Source of the DNA: Methylothermaceae bacterium
GTDB taxonomy: Bacteria > Pseudomonadota > Gammaproteobacteria > Methylococcales > Methylothermaceae
DNA length: 64,000 nucleotides
Assembly (NCBI GenBank): GCA_026984375.1
Contig: JALSSF010000064.1
Span: 88 to 64,087 of the forward strand
Reading direction: 5' to 3'
Shown here: positions 16,788 to 24,573 of the stretch, one piece after another
How positions within the stretch are numbered: the stretch's first letter is position 1
How the letters are laid out: each line of letters starts with the position of its first letter
Made by a program: the position numbers and the translations under genes
The notes under the pieces: model-generated
Databases searched by the model: none
What the model saw: only the letters and a program-made list of their open reading frames with translations
Told to the model about the DNA's origin: nothing

Positions 16788-18334
16788 TGCCGCCGATCAA
16801 AACGACCATGCCCAGAGGGCTGCGCCAGCAGGATCTCAAACGCGAAATCGCCGGCCCCGGCCTGACCGGCATCCGCCAGGCATGGAACGCCGCCACCGTG
16901 GCCGCGGGCCTGACCCCGGCGCGTCTGGCGCGGATACTGCGCGGGGCCGACGCCGGCGACCTGCACGACTATCTGACCCTGGCCGAGGAGATGGAGGAGC
17001 GCGACCCCCATTACGCCGCGGTGCTGGGGGTGCGCAAGCGGGCCGTGCTGGGACTGGCGCCGGTGGTGGAGGCTGCCACCGACGCCGCCCGCGATATCGA
17101 GATCGCCGACGCGGTGCGCGAGCTGACGGCCGATCCAGGTTTCGTCGAGCTGTGCGCCGACCTGCTCGACGCCCTGGGCAAGGGATTCGCCGTGTGCGAG
17201 ATCGTCTGGACCACCGGCAGGCGCTGGGTTCCGGCAGAATACCACTGGCGCGATCCCCGGTGGTTCCGGTTCGACCCGGTCGACGGCCGCACCCTGCGCC
17301 TGCTCGACGAACGGTCCCCGGACGGCCTGCCGCTGCCGCCCTACAAGTTCGCCGTCCACGTCCCCAGGCTCAAGTCGGGCCTGCCGATCCGCGGCGGGCT
17401 GGCCCGGCTGGCCTCGGCCGCCTTGATGTGCAAGTCCTACACCGTGGCCGACTGGATGGCCTTCGCCGAGGTGTTCGGCATGCCCCTGCGTCTGGGGCGC
17501 TACGGGCCCGGGGCCAGCGAGGCCGACATCGAGACCCTGGTGCGGGCGGTGGCCAACCTGGGGCACGACGCCGCCGCCGTCCTGCCGGACTCGATGCGCA
17601 TCGAATTCCAGGAGGCCGGGCAGGGAGCCGGCGGCCACGAGCTGTTCCTGCGCCTGGCCGAATGGCTCGACCGCCAGATCTCCAAGGCGGTGCTGGGCCA
17701 GACCATGACCGCCGATTCCGGTTCATCCTACGCCCAGGCCAAGGTCCACGACGAGGTGCGCGCCGACATCCTGGAGGCCGACGCCCGCCAGCTGGCCGCC
17801 ACCCTGCAGCGCGACCTGGTGATTCCGTTCGTCGATCTCAACTTCGGCCCCCAGCCGGTTTATCCGCGCCTGACCCTGCCGGTGCGCGAGCCGGAGGACA
17901 TCACCGCCCTGGCCGACGCCCTGGCCAAACTGGTGCCGTTGGGGAACCTGGGCATCCAGGCGTCGGTGGTGCGCGACCGGCTCGGCTTCCCGGACCCGGA
18001 GGACGGCGCCGACCTGCTGGGCCAACCCGCCGCCCCGGCCCTCCAGCGCGCCGCCAACCGGCAGAGTGCGGCGGCCGCCCACCCGGCCGCCGTCATGGCC
18101 GACACCCTGGCAGGCCAGGCCGACGCCGAAATCGCCCGAATGCTCGACCGGATCCGCGTCATGCTCGACCAGGCCGGCGACCTGGAACAGTTCAAGGAAA
18201 TGCTCCTGGCCGCCTACGGGGATCTGGATTCTGGCGGTTTGGTCGAGGCCATTGGGCAGGCGATGACCGCGTCCCACCTGGCCGGCCGCTACGATCTGGC
18301 CAAGGGCTCGGGGCTCCTCGATGGCGAGAATTGA
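16787..18334 (+). CDS. Portal protein (Mu gp29, DUF935)
   Basis: EEMEERDPHY..VL..RK, DALGKGFAV.EI.W, FAEVFGMPLRLGRY, ISKAVLGQT. Confidence 0.93.
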   Translation: MPPIKTTMPRGLRQQDLKREIAGPGLTGIRQAWNAATVAAGLTPARLARILRGADAGDLHDYLTLAEEMEERDPHYAAVLGVRKRAVLGLAPVVEAATDAARDIEIADAVRELTADPGFVELCADLLDALGKGFAVCEIVWTTGRRWVPAEYHWRDPRWFRFDPVDGRTLRLLDERSPDGLPLPPYKFAVHVPRLKSGLPIRGGLARLASAALMCKSYTVADWMAFAEVFGMPLRLGRYGPGASEADIETLVRAVANLGHDAAAVLPDSMRIEFQEAGQGAGGHELFLRLAEWLDRQISKAVLGQTMTADSGSSYAQAKVHDEVRADILEADARQLAATLQRDLVIPFVDLNFGPQPVYPRLTLPVREPEDITALADALAKLVPLGNLGIQASVVRDRLGFPDPEDGADLLGQPAAPALQRAANRQSAAAAHPAAVMADTLAGQADAEIARMLDRIRVMLDQAGDLEQFKEMLLAAYGDLDSGGLVEAIGQAMTASHLAGRYDLAKGSGLLDGEN

Positions 18335-19520
18335 GGTCAGCCCCGACGGGGCCAGCATCGAAAACGCCCGCCTGCCCTTCACCGAGCAGATCGCCTTCTT
18401 CCGCGGCAAGCTGGGCAATCTGATTCCCACGCGAAGGTGGGACGACATCCAGAAGTCCGCCCACGACAAAAGTTTCATGGTCGCCGGGGCGATGAAGGCG
18501 GACCTTTTGGCCGACCTGGCCCAGGCTGTCGATCGGGCCGTCGCCGACGGCAAATCCATCCAGTGGTTCCGGGAAAATTTCTTCGAGATCGTCGCCAGGC
18601 ACGGCTGGACCGGCTACACCGGCGCCGATACCAAAAAGGGCCGGGCCTGGCGTACCCGGGTGATCTACCAGACCAACCTGCTCACCAGTTACAACGCCGG
18701 GCGGCTGGCGCAACTGAAAGAGGGCGGATTCAAATACTGGATCTACCACCACGACGACTCGGTGCGCCATCCAAGGCCCTTGCACCAGGCTTGGGACGGG
18801 CTGAGCCTGCCGGCAAGTCACGACTTCTGGAAAACCCATTACCCGCCCAACGGCTGGGGCTGCCAATGCTACCTCTCCGGCGCCCGCTCGGAACGCGGCG
18901 CCAGAAGGCTCGGCGGCGACCCGGACAAACCGATCGACCCCGAGTGGCTCAAGACCGACCCCAAGACCGGGGCGCCGGTGGGCATCGACAAGGGCTGGGA
19001 CTATATGCCTGGGGCGACGGTGGTCGATACGGTGCGGGCGCTGCGGGACAAGCTCGACCGGTTGCCGCCGCGGCCCGCTATCGCTGTCATTCAGGATTGG
19101 CTGGGGACAGAGGCGTTCGCCGCCTGGCTCGACAACCCGCAAGGCAACTGGCCCCTGGTCCGGCTGCCCGACGAGGATGCCGGGCGCATCGGGGCGCAGA
19201 CGACGGTGGCCGACCTGTCGCCGGAGACGGCGGCCAAGCAGAAACGCGAGCACCCGGAGCTGACGCCGGAAGAATACCTCCTGGCTCAGCGGGTGATCGA
19301 TGGGCCAGATTACAAGCAGGTCGAGAAGAATCCAAAAACCGGCACCCAAAGTCTGGTTTACATCCAGGTTATCGACGGCAACGACAGTGGTGGTTACGTG
19401 CTGGTGGTCAAAGCCACCAAGAGCGGGAAGGGATTGTTCGTGACCAGCTACCGTCGCCTGTCCCGGCAGGAAGCGGAGCGTGACCGAGAAATCCAGCGGA
19501 TTTTGCGGCGACGCAAATAA
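18321..19520 (+). CDS. MuF (Mu gp30/gpF) head protein with C-terminal PBECR-type (Barnase/EndoU/colicin/RelE-like) RNase domain
   Basis: MuF core (YQTNL..SY.AGR, RPLH..WDG, HYPPNGWGC.C); C-terminal KQKREHPEL..EEY...YVLVVKATKSG..LFVTSYRR. Confidence 0.85.
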   Translation: MARIEVSPDGASIENARLPFTEQIAFFRGKLGNLIPTRRWDDIQKSAHDKSFMVAGAMKADLLADLAQAVDRAVADGKSIQWFRENFFEIVARHGWTGYTGADTKKGRAWRTRVIYQTNLLTSYNAGRLAQLKEGGFKYWIYHHDDSVRHPRPLHQAWDGLSLPASHDFWKTHYPPNGWGCQCYLSGARSERGARRLGGDPDKPIDPEWLKTDPKTGAPVGIDKGWDYMPGATVVDTVRALRDKLDRLPPRPAIAVIQDWLGTEAFAAWLDNPQGNWPLVRLPDEDAGRIGAQTTVADLSPETAAKQKREHPELTPEEYLLAQRVIDGPDYKQVEKNPKTGTQSLVYIQVIDGNDSGGYVLVVKATKSGKGLFVTSYRRLSRQEAERDREIQRILRRRK

Positions 19521-19644
19521 AAAATGGGGCGACACCTGGACCGCCCCGTGGGCACTGCGCGGTGGGCTCCCCTGACCACCGACGGAACCTTTGGGCCCCA
19601 GGTCTGCCCTCAGCGGATGCCGGGAGACTTTGCCGCAGCGCCTT
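19518..19644 (-). ncRNA. Predicted ~125-nt structured small RNA convergent with MuF-PBECR
   Basis: TATAAT on the minus strand at 19656-19651; rod-like fold (GGCGCUGC/GCAGUGCC, CUCCC/GGGAG, GACCU/AGGUU); terminator GGGGCG/CGCCCC + AUUUUUU; non-canonical pairs are G-U only on the minus strand; no -35 match. Confidence 0.6.
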
Positions 19645-19681
19645 GCAAACATTATAGACCGATAGGCGACGGAGACGTTCC

Positions 19682-20158
19682 GTGATCCGCATCCACATCG
19701 ACGACCGCCAGATTCAACAGGCCCTGCGCCGCCTCCAGGAGGCCGCAGACGACCTCACCCCCGCCCTCGAGGACATCGGCGAGTATCTCGCCCGTGCCAC
19801 CCGTCAGCGTTTCGCCGAGGGCAAAGACCCAAATGGCGCTCCCTGGGAACCGCTGTCGGCCAGGACAATCGCCCGAAAGGGCCACGCCAAACCCCTGATC
19901 GGCGAGACCGGTCTGTTGAGAAAGATCCGCTACCAACTGGAAGGGCCGGACACGGTGGTCGTCGGCACCGGTGCCGAATATGGCGCCACCCACCAGTTCG
20001 GGGCCAAAAAGGGCCAGTTCGGCAAGACACGGAAGGGCCGCCCCATCCCCTGGGGCGACATCCCCGCCCGGCCGTTTTTGGGTGTCTCTGACGAGAACCG
20101 GACCGCCATCCTCGACATCCTCGCCGAGCATCTGGAAGGCGCGATTCATGGGCGCTGA
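19682..20158 (+). CDS. Phage virion morphogenesis protein (Mu gpG-like)
   Basis: F.EGKDPNG.PWEPLS, L..TG.L, VGT..EYGATHQFG, IPARPFLGVS. Confidence 0.9.
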   Translation: MIRIHIDDRQIQQALRRLQEAADDLTPALEDIGEYLARATRQRFAEGKDPNGAPWEPLSARTIARKGHAKPLIGETGLLRKIRYQLEGPDTVVVGTGAEYGATHQFGAKKGQFGKTRKGRPIPWGDIPARPFLGVSDENRTAILDILAEHLEGAIHGR

Positions 20159-20273
20159 TTTCAGCGTTTTCTTATGAGCGATTCTGAGGCGATTTCAGCG
20201 CCGTTTTCACCAATCCCGCTACCTAGAGTCATGTGGCATTCCTTTCGCGTCTTCATGGTTGTTTAACCCCTGT

Positions 20274-20816
20274 TTAACTTTGATGTTCATCCTTGGGTCT
20301 CGGACGGAAGAATTGGTTCGGGTCGGGAAAGCCCTTCGCCGCCAGGGCCATGAACCAACGGAAGTTGGTTTCACCGCTGTATTGGCCCTTGGCGACGTTG
20401 CCGAACAGCCCGGCGGCGAAGAACACCTCCTTCTCCCACACGCCAGGTCGCAAACCGATGGCCCGCAGCCAGTCCAGGTCCAAGATGCTTTCCTCCAGCG
20501 GATAATCGGAAGCGTTGGGATTGAGATAATGCCAGTTGGGCGCATCGGTCCAAATGTGGGTGACGTCGGCGTGCATCGGCAGGCCGCCCGCGTGTTTCCA
20601 GGCCGCCTCGGCCAACAGTCGCCGGGGCCGGGTCAGCCAATTCGGCTCCACGCCCAGCATCAATTCCAGGCCGGTCAGTTCCGACACCCCCAGCGCTTCG
20701 GCAAACGCCCCCTTGGTGCCTTTGCCGGTGTAGACCGCCCGGGCGAAGGTCTGGACGAACCGGGCCATGCGCTCGAACGGCAGGCCGGCGCAGTCGATGG
20801 CGACGAGATTCGTCAT
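20274..20816 (-). CDS. Antisense accessory protein of unknown function
   Basis: 180-aa ORF with GC3-rich coding pattern, bounded by imperfect 18-bp direct repeats; no clear SD. Confidence 0.6.
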   Translation of the reverse strand: MTNLVAIDCAGLPFERMARFVQTFARAVYTGKGTKGAFAEALGVSELTGLELMLGVEPNWLTRPRRLLAEAAWKHAGGLPMHADVTHIWTDAPNWHYLNPNASDYPLEESILDLDWLRAIGLRPGVWEKEVFFAAGLFGNVAKGQYSGETNFRWFMALAAKGFPDPNQFFRPRPKDEHQS

Positions 20817-20924
20817 GATGGTTAATACCCTGTTAATCCGTTATAACAATAGCATTTTAAGACGGATTGGACAGGGTCTGAATCGTCACCCCTCATTTCC
20901 CCAGTCTGATTTTGGCGGGCACGA

Positions 20925-20985
20925 AAAACCGTCCCCGAAGGGGCGGCTTGAAGGGGCCTTGAAGCCCGGTTTCCAGGCAGCGTAA
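20925..20985 (-). repeat. 61-bp repeat, copy 2
   Basis: Reverse complement matches 11920-11980 at 50/61 positions. Confidence 0.85.
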
Positions 20986-21036
20986 AGCCGCTCTAAAGTC
21001 TCTACTGGCGCCGCAAGAAAAATAAACCAGATCAGG

Positions 21037-21064
21037 TTGAATTTTTCTCCAGTAATGGTACAAT
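21037..21064 (+). promoter_or_regulatory. Sigma70-type promoter of the XRE/ImmA accessory operon
   Basis: TTGAAT-16 nt-TACAAT with TG extension; palindrome TTATCGATAA at 21081-21090 may be an operator. Confidence 0.65.
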
Positions 21065-21143
21065 TAGGGTTGAGGATGGGTTATCGATAAAGCGTACGGT
21101 TAGGTGAAGACTCTAGTGGAGATACAGAATTGGAGGTGCAGCA

Positions 21144-21512
21144 ATGAAGCTCAGCCCGTTTGGCAAGGCGGTTCGCAAACTTCGGATAAGTCGCGGGGAA
21201 ACGCAGTTCGACGCTGCGAACGCGGTTGGGGTTTCAGTTGCTTTTTGGTCGGCCATCGAGACGGGCAGGAAGCACGTGCCGGAGGATTTGTTGCGGAGGA
21301 TCGTGGCCCATTTCGAACTCTCAAATGAGGAGGCCAAAGAGCTGGAACGATTGGCGTGGATTTCCCGTAAGGAAGTCACCATCAACATGGAAAATCTTAG
21401 CGACCAAAACCGCGAACTGGTTGTTGGCTTTGCCAGGAAATTCAGCGAACTGAATGAGGAAACCAAACGAAAATTGCGCAACTTGTTGGAACAAAAGGGA
21501 GGGCTTTCGTAG
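21144..21512 (+). CDS. XRE-family HTH repressor
   Basis: FGKAVRKLRISRGETQFDAANAVGVSVAFWSAIETGRK; GGAGG RBS; AT-richer. Confidence 0.88.
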   Translation: MKLSPFGKAVRKLRISRGETQFDAANAVGVSVAFWSAIETGRKHVPEDLLRRIVAHFELSNEEAKELERLAWISRKEVTINMENLSDQNRELVVGFARKFSELNEETKRKLRNLLEQKGGLS

Positions 21513-22066
21513 TGTCCGACAGTGTCGTTCTAGCCCCGCCCCTCAGCAGATACCGGATCCGTGAGGCAGCTAAGAGCGTTCGGATGATCTGGTGTGATCT
21601 GACGGGGCGGGATGATCCGTACTTTCCCATCGTCGAATTTCTCGATGTGGTGCTGCCAGCTGCAAACGATGAATTCGTTCTTGATGTCTTGCCTATGGAA
21701 ACCATGGGCGACGTCCATGGCATGACCTACCCTGATCGGAATCTGATCCAAATCCGGGAGGATGTGTATCTAGGGGCAAAGCGCGGGATAGGCCGCGACA
21801 GAATGACGATGGCTCACGAACTTGGACATTATGTTTTGCACGCCGGCCTGGGCTTGGCTCGCGCAATTCCAGCGGAAAAAGTCGCAGCGTACCGGAGCAG
21901 CGAATGGCAAGCCAACGCTTTCGCCGGCGAATTGCTGATTTCTGCCAACCATATTTCCGTGTGTAGGAATGCTTCGGAGGCGAAACTGAAATTTGGCGTA
22001 TCAGCGCAAGCTGCTGAATACCAATGGCGGATATTTGAACGTGACGGATTGGTAAGGAAAAGGTGA
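21512..22066 (+). CDS. ImmA/IrrE-family Zn metallopeptidase
   Basis: R.RMTMAHELGHYVLH (HExxH) plus EWQANAFAGELL; TAGTG-coupled to the XRE gene. Confidence 0.9.
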   Translation: MSDSVVLAPPLSRYRIREAAKSVRMIWCDLTGRDDPYFPIVEFLDVVLPAANDEFVLDVLPMETMGDVHGMTYPDRNLIQIREDVYLGAKRGIGRDRMTMAHELGHYVLHAGLGLARAIPAEKVAAYRSSEWQANAFAGELLISANHISVCRNASEAKLKFGVSAQAAEYQWRIFERDGLVRKR

Positions 22067-22222
22067 CACCGAGTGGCCGCTCAATGTCACCTTGCTTCCA
22101 AGTGGGGTGCGCCGGGAGGACCCCACACTTGGCAGGCAGATTGCTAAAGTTTGCAATGCAATCATAGGCGAAACGGACGCCCCTGCCAAGAGCCAAAATC
22201 TCCTCCCGGAAGGAGGTGAGAT
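22060..22222 (+). ncRNA. Highly structured intercistronic leader (putative cis-regulatory RNA)
   Basis: Stems 22060-68/22085-93, 22102-08/22120-26, 22128-36/22182-90 enclosing 22139-44/22158-63 and 22167-70/22178-81, then CCTCC/GGAGG hairpin covering the SD. Confidence 0.6.
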
Positions 22223-22224
22223 AT

Positions 22225-22362
22225 GTGCAAAAGAGGCTGAAAAAGGCCCCACCGGGCTACCGTTGGGTTTTTACCCGCTTCCGCCGGGTGAAAAACTCCA
22301 ACCGGTTGCTCGACGCCCATGACTACGGTTATAAGTGTTGGGCATTCCTGGTGCGGGCCTGA
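22225..22362 (+). CDS. Small basic 45-aa protein (absent from the ORF track)
   Basis: GGAGGTG SD 7 nt before GTG; MQKRLKKAPPGYRWVFTRFRRVKNSNRLLDAHDYGYKCWAFLVRA*; followed by a terminator. Confidence 0.7.
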   Translation: MQKRLKKAPPGYRWVFTRFRRVKNSNRLLDAHDYGYKCWAFLVRA

Positions 22363-22370
22363 CCGGAGTA

Positions 22371-22403
22371 CGGCCGGGGCATCCGCTCCGGCCGCCTTTT
22401 CTT
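22371..22403 (+). terminator. Intrinsic terminator closing the accessory operon
   Basis: CGGCCGGGGC-atcc-GCTCCGGCCG followed by CCTTTTCTT. Confidence 0.8.
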
Positions 22404-22404
22404 G

Positions 22405-22459
22405 ACTGAATCCCATCCCCCTTCGTCCGCCCGCCTGCCGCCTTTAATCTGGCGGCATG
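22405..22459 (+). promoter_or_regulatory. Late promoter of the head/tail operon (PI-like)
   Basis: 46/55 identical to 13117-13171; TAATCT 6 nt before ATG; no SD. Confidence 0.8.
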
Positions 22460-23413
22460 AACGAAAGCAGTACCCCCATCCCTGCCCTGTGCCGCGCCCT
22501 GCCGGCGGGGGACGGCCCGCCCGAGTGGCTGTTGCTGGTGCCGGCGGGCCGCTTCGAGGGGCGTGACGGTCGCTTCTGGGTCAACGACCGGCCCGATGAA
22601 GTCGTCGCCGCCTTCGAAGCCGGCGGCCAGCCGCTGCCCATCGACTGGGAGCACGCCACCGAGATCAAGGCCCCGGCCGGCGATCCGGCCCCGGCCGCCG
22701 GCTGGATCACCGCCATGGAGGTCCGCGGCGGCGAGGTCTGGGGGCGGGCGGAATGGACCGAGGCGGCGCTGGAACAGATAAAGGCCAAAGCCTACCGCTA
22801 CTACAGCCCCGCCTTCCTGTTCGATCCCGATTCCCGCCGGGTGGCGGCCCTGACCTCGGTCGGGCTGACCAACCGGCCCAATCTCCACGTTCCCGCCTTG
22901 AACCAACGACAGGAGCACGCCATGCAGAAAGCGCTTCTGGCCGCCTTGGGCCTGCCCGAGACGGCCGACGACAAAGCGGTGCTGGATGCGGTGACGGCGC
23001 TGAAAGCGCGCCTGGATACCGCATTGAACGCCGCCCAAACCCCCAATCTGGAGCAGTACGTGCCCCGGGCCGATTACGACGCCGCCCTCAACCGGGCAAA
23101 GGAGGCCGAGGCGAAGTTGGCGGAAATGGAGCGGCAGCGCCTGGAGGCCGAGATCGAGGCCGAGATCGCCAAGGCCCTCGAGGCCGGCAAGATCACCCCG
23201 GCCACGGTGGACTATCACAAGGCCCAGTGCCGCCTGGATGGCGGGCTGGAACGCTTCCGCCGATTCGTCGAGGCGGCGCCGGCCGTCGTCGACCGAAACG
23301 ACCAGGCTGGCAGCCGGCCGCCCGAACAGGAACGGGCCTTGTGCGCCGAGGAACGCTACGTCTGCGCCCAGCTCGGCATCCCCGAGGATGAATTCTTGAA
23401 ACTGAAGGAGTAA
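22457..23413 (+). CDS. Mu gpI-like prohead protease with nested scaffold (gpZ-like internal start at 22922)
   Basis: LPIDWEHAT, PAAGWI, YRYYSPAF, SVGLTNRPNL; in-frame AGGAG-ATG at 22922 (MQKALLAALGL). Confidence 0.92.
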   Translation: MNESSTPIPALCRALPAGDGPPEWLLLVPAGRFEGRDGRFWVNDRPDEVVAAFEAGGQPLPIDWEHATEIKAPAGDPAPAAGWITAMEVRGGEVWGRAEWTEAALEQIKAKAYRYYSPAFLFDPDSRRVAALTSVGLTNRPNLHVPALNQRQEHAMQKALLAALGLPETADDKAVLDAVTALKARLDTALNAAQTPNLEQYVPRADYDAALNRAKEAEAKLAEMERQRLEAEIEAEIAKALEAGKITPATVDYHKAQCRLDGGLERFRRFVEAAPAVVDRNDQAGSRPPEQERALCAEERYVCAQLGIPEDEFLKLKE

Positions 23414-23417
23414 GCCC

Positions 23418-24341
23418 ATGGCCATCGTCACCCCCGCCCTGCTTTCCTCGTTGATGACCGGGTTCCGCAAGGAATTCCAGGACGGCCTCGGCATGGCCGA
23501 GACCCAGTGGAACCGGATCGCCTCCGAGGTGCCCTCGTCCAGCAAATCCAACACCTACGGCTGGCTCGGTCAGTGGCCCGGGTTCCGCGAATGGGTCGGC
23601 GCCCGCGTGGTCAAGGACATGGCCGCCCACGGTTACGAGATCGTCAACAAGCTGTGGGAGTCGACCGTCGGGGTCAAGCGCACCGACATCGAGGACGACA
23701 ACCTCGGCATCTACGCCCCCATGTTCCGGGAGATGGGGCGGGCCACCGCGGCCCACCCGGACGAGCTGGTCTTCGGGCTGCTCAAGGCCGGCGACGCCAC
23801 CCTGTGCTACGACGGCCAGTTCTTCTTCGACGTCGATCACCCGGTCTATCCCAACGCCGACGGCACCGGCACCGCGACCCTGGTGAGCAACTACGATTCC
23901 GGCGGCGCCACCCCGGGGCCGGCCTGGTTCCTGCTGGACACCTCGCGGGCGATCAAGCCGATCATCTTCCAGCGCCGCCTGGCCCCCGAGTTCACCGCCA
24001 TGACCAAGATGGACGACGAGCAGGTGTTCATGGCCGACGAATACCGCTACGGGGTGCGGGCGCGCCACAACGTCGGCTTCGGCTTCTGGCAGATGGCCTA
24101 CATGAGCAAGGCGCCCTTGACCGCGGCCAATTTCAACGCCGCCTACGACGCCATGTGCCAGTTCACCGCCGACGGCGGCCGGCCGCTGGGCATCAAGCCC
24201 AACCTGCTGGTGGTGCCGCCGCAGCTGCGGGTGGACGCCCTCAAGGTGGTGAAATCCGAGCTGATCGTCGACGGCGGCGCCGGGGTGACCAACATCAACC
24301 GCGACGTGGTGGACGTGCTCGTCTCGCCCTGGCTGATCTGA
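23418..24341 (+). CDS. Major head protein (Mu gpT-like)
   Basis: TYGWLG.WP.FREW.G, WESTVGV.R.DIEDD, KPIIFQ.R, FGFWQMAY, KPNLLVVPP. Confidence 0.95.
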   Translation: MAIVTPALLSSLMTGFRKEFQDGLGMAETQWNRIASEVPSSSKSNTYGWLGQWPGFREWVGARVVKDMAAHGYEIVNKLWESTVGVKRTDIEDDNLGIYAPMFREMGRATAAHPDELVFGLLKAGDATLCYDGQFFFDVDHPVYPNADGTGTATLVSNYDSGGATPGPAWFLLDTSRAIKPIIFQRRLAPEFTAMTKMDDEQVFMADEYRYGVRARHNVGFGFWQMAYMSKAPLTAANFNAAYDAMCQFTADGGRPLGIKPNLLVVPPQLRVDALKVVKSELIVDGGAGVTNINRDVVDVLVSPWLI

Positions 24342-24351
24342 GGAGGCTGAC

Positions 24352-24573
24352 ATGGCGACGAAACGCAAGACCCAACCGGAAGCCAAACCGGAAGCCAAAC
24401 CGGAAGCCGCGCCGACCGCGCGCCGCTACCGGGTGGCCGCCGCCGTCCCCCGGCGCTACCGCGCCGGGCTCGGCCCCTTCGGCCCGGCCCCGGTGGAGGT
24501 GGCGCTCGACGGCGACCAGTTGGCCGCCATCGAGGCCGATCCATTGCTGACGGTGACGGCGGTCGATGGCTGA
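24352..24573 (+). CDS. Small head-associated protein (Mu gp35/HI1506-like)
   Basis: RYRAG..F...PVE...QLAAIEADP.L.V pattern; follows the major head gene. Confidence 0.7.
   Translation: MATKRKTQPEAKPEAKPEAAPTARRYRVAAAVPRRYRAGLGPFGPAPVEVALDGDQLAAIEADPLLTVTAVDG
24374..24409 (+). repeat. 12-bp tandem repeat x3 (PEAK repeats)
   Basis: AACCGGAAGCCA x2 plus AACCGGAAGCCG. Confidence 0.85.

Noticed and set aside
19524-19685. 53-codon plus-strand ORF as a MuF immunity protein
   Set aside because: No SD, composition not protein-like, and it coincides with a minus-strand structured RNA with promoter and terminator signals; not fully excluded without Ribo-seq.
20261-20838. Integron attC/attI or Xer dif sites around the orphan gene
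   Set aside because: GTTTAAC and GTTAATA do not fit GTTRRRY with an inverse core and palindromic arms; no dif-like 28-bp layout and no IntI.
22223-22240. ATG-started mini-ORF MCKRG* sharing the SD with the 45-aa ORF
   Set aside because: Only 5 codons; the GTG at 22225 has good spacing and gives a protein-like product. It could still act as a regulatory competitor.
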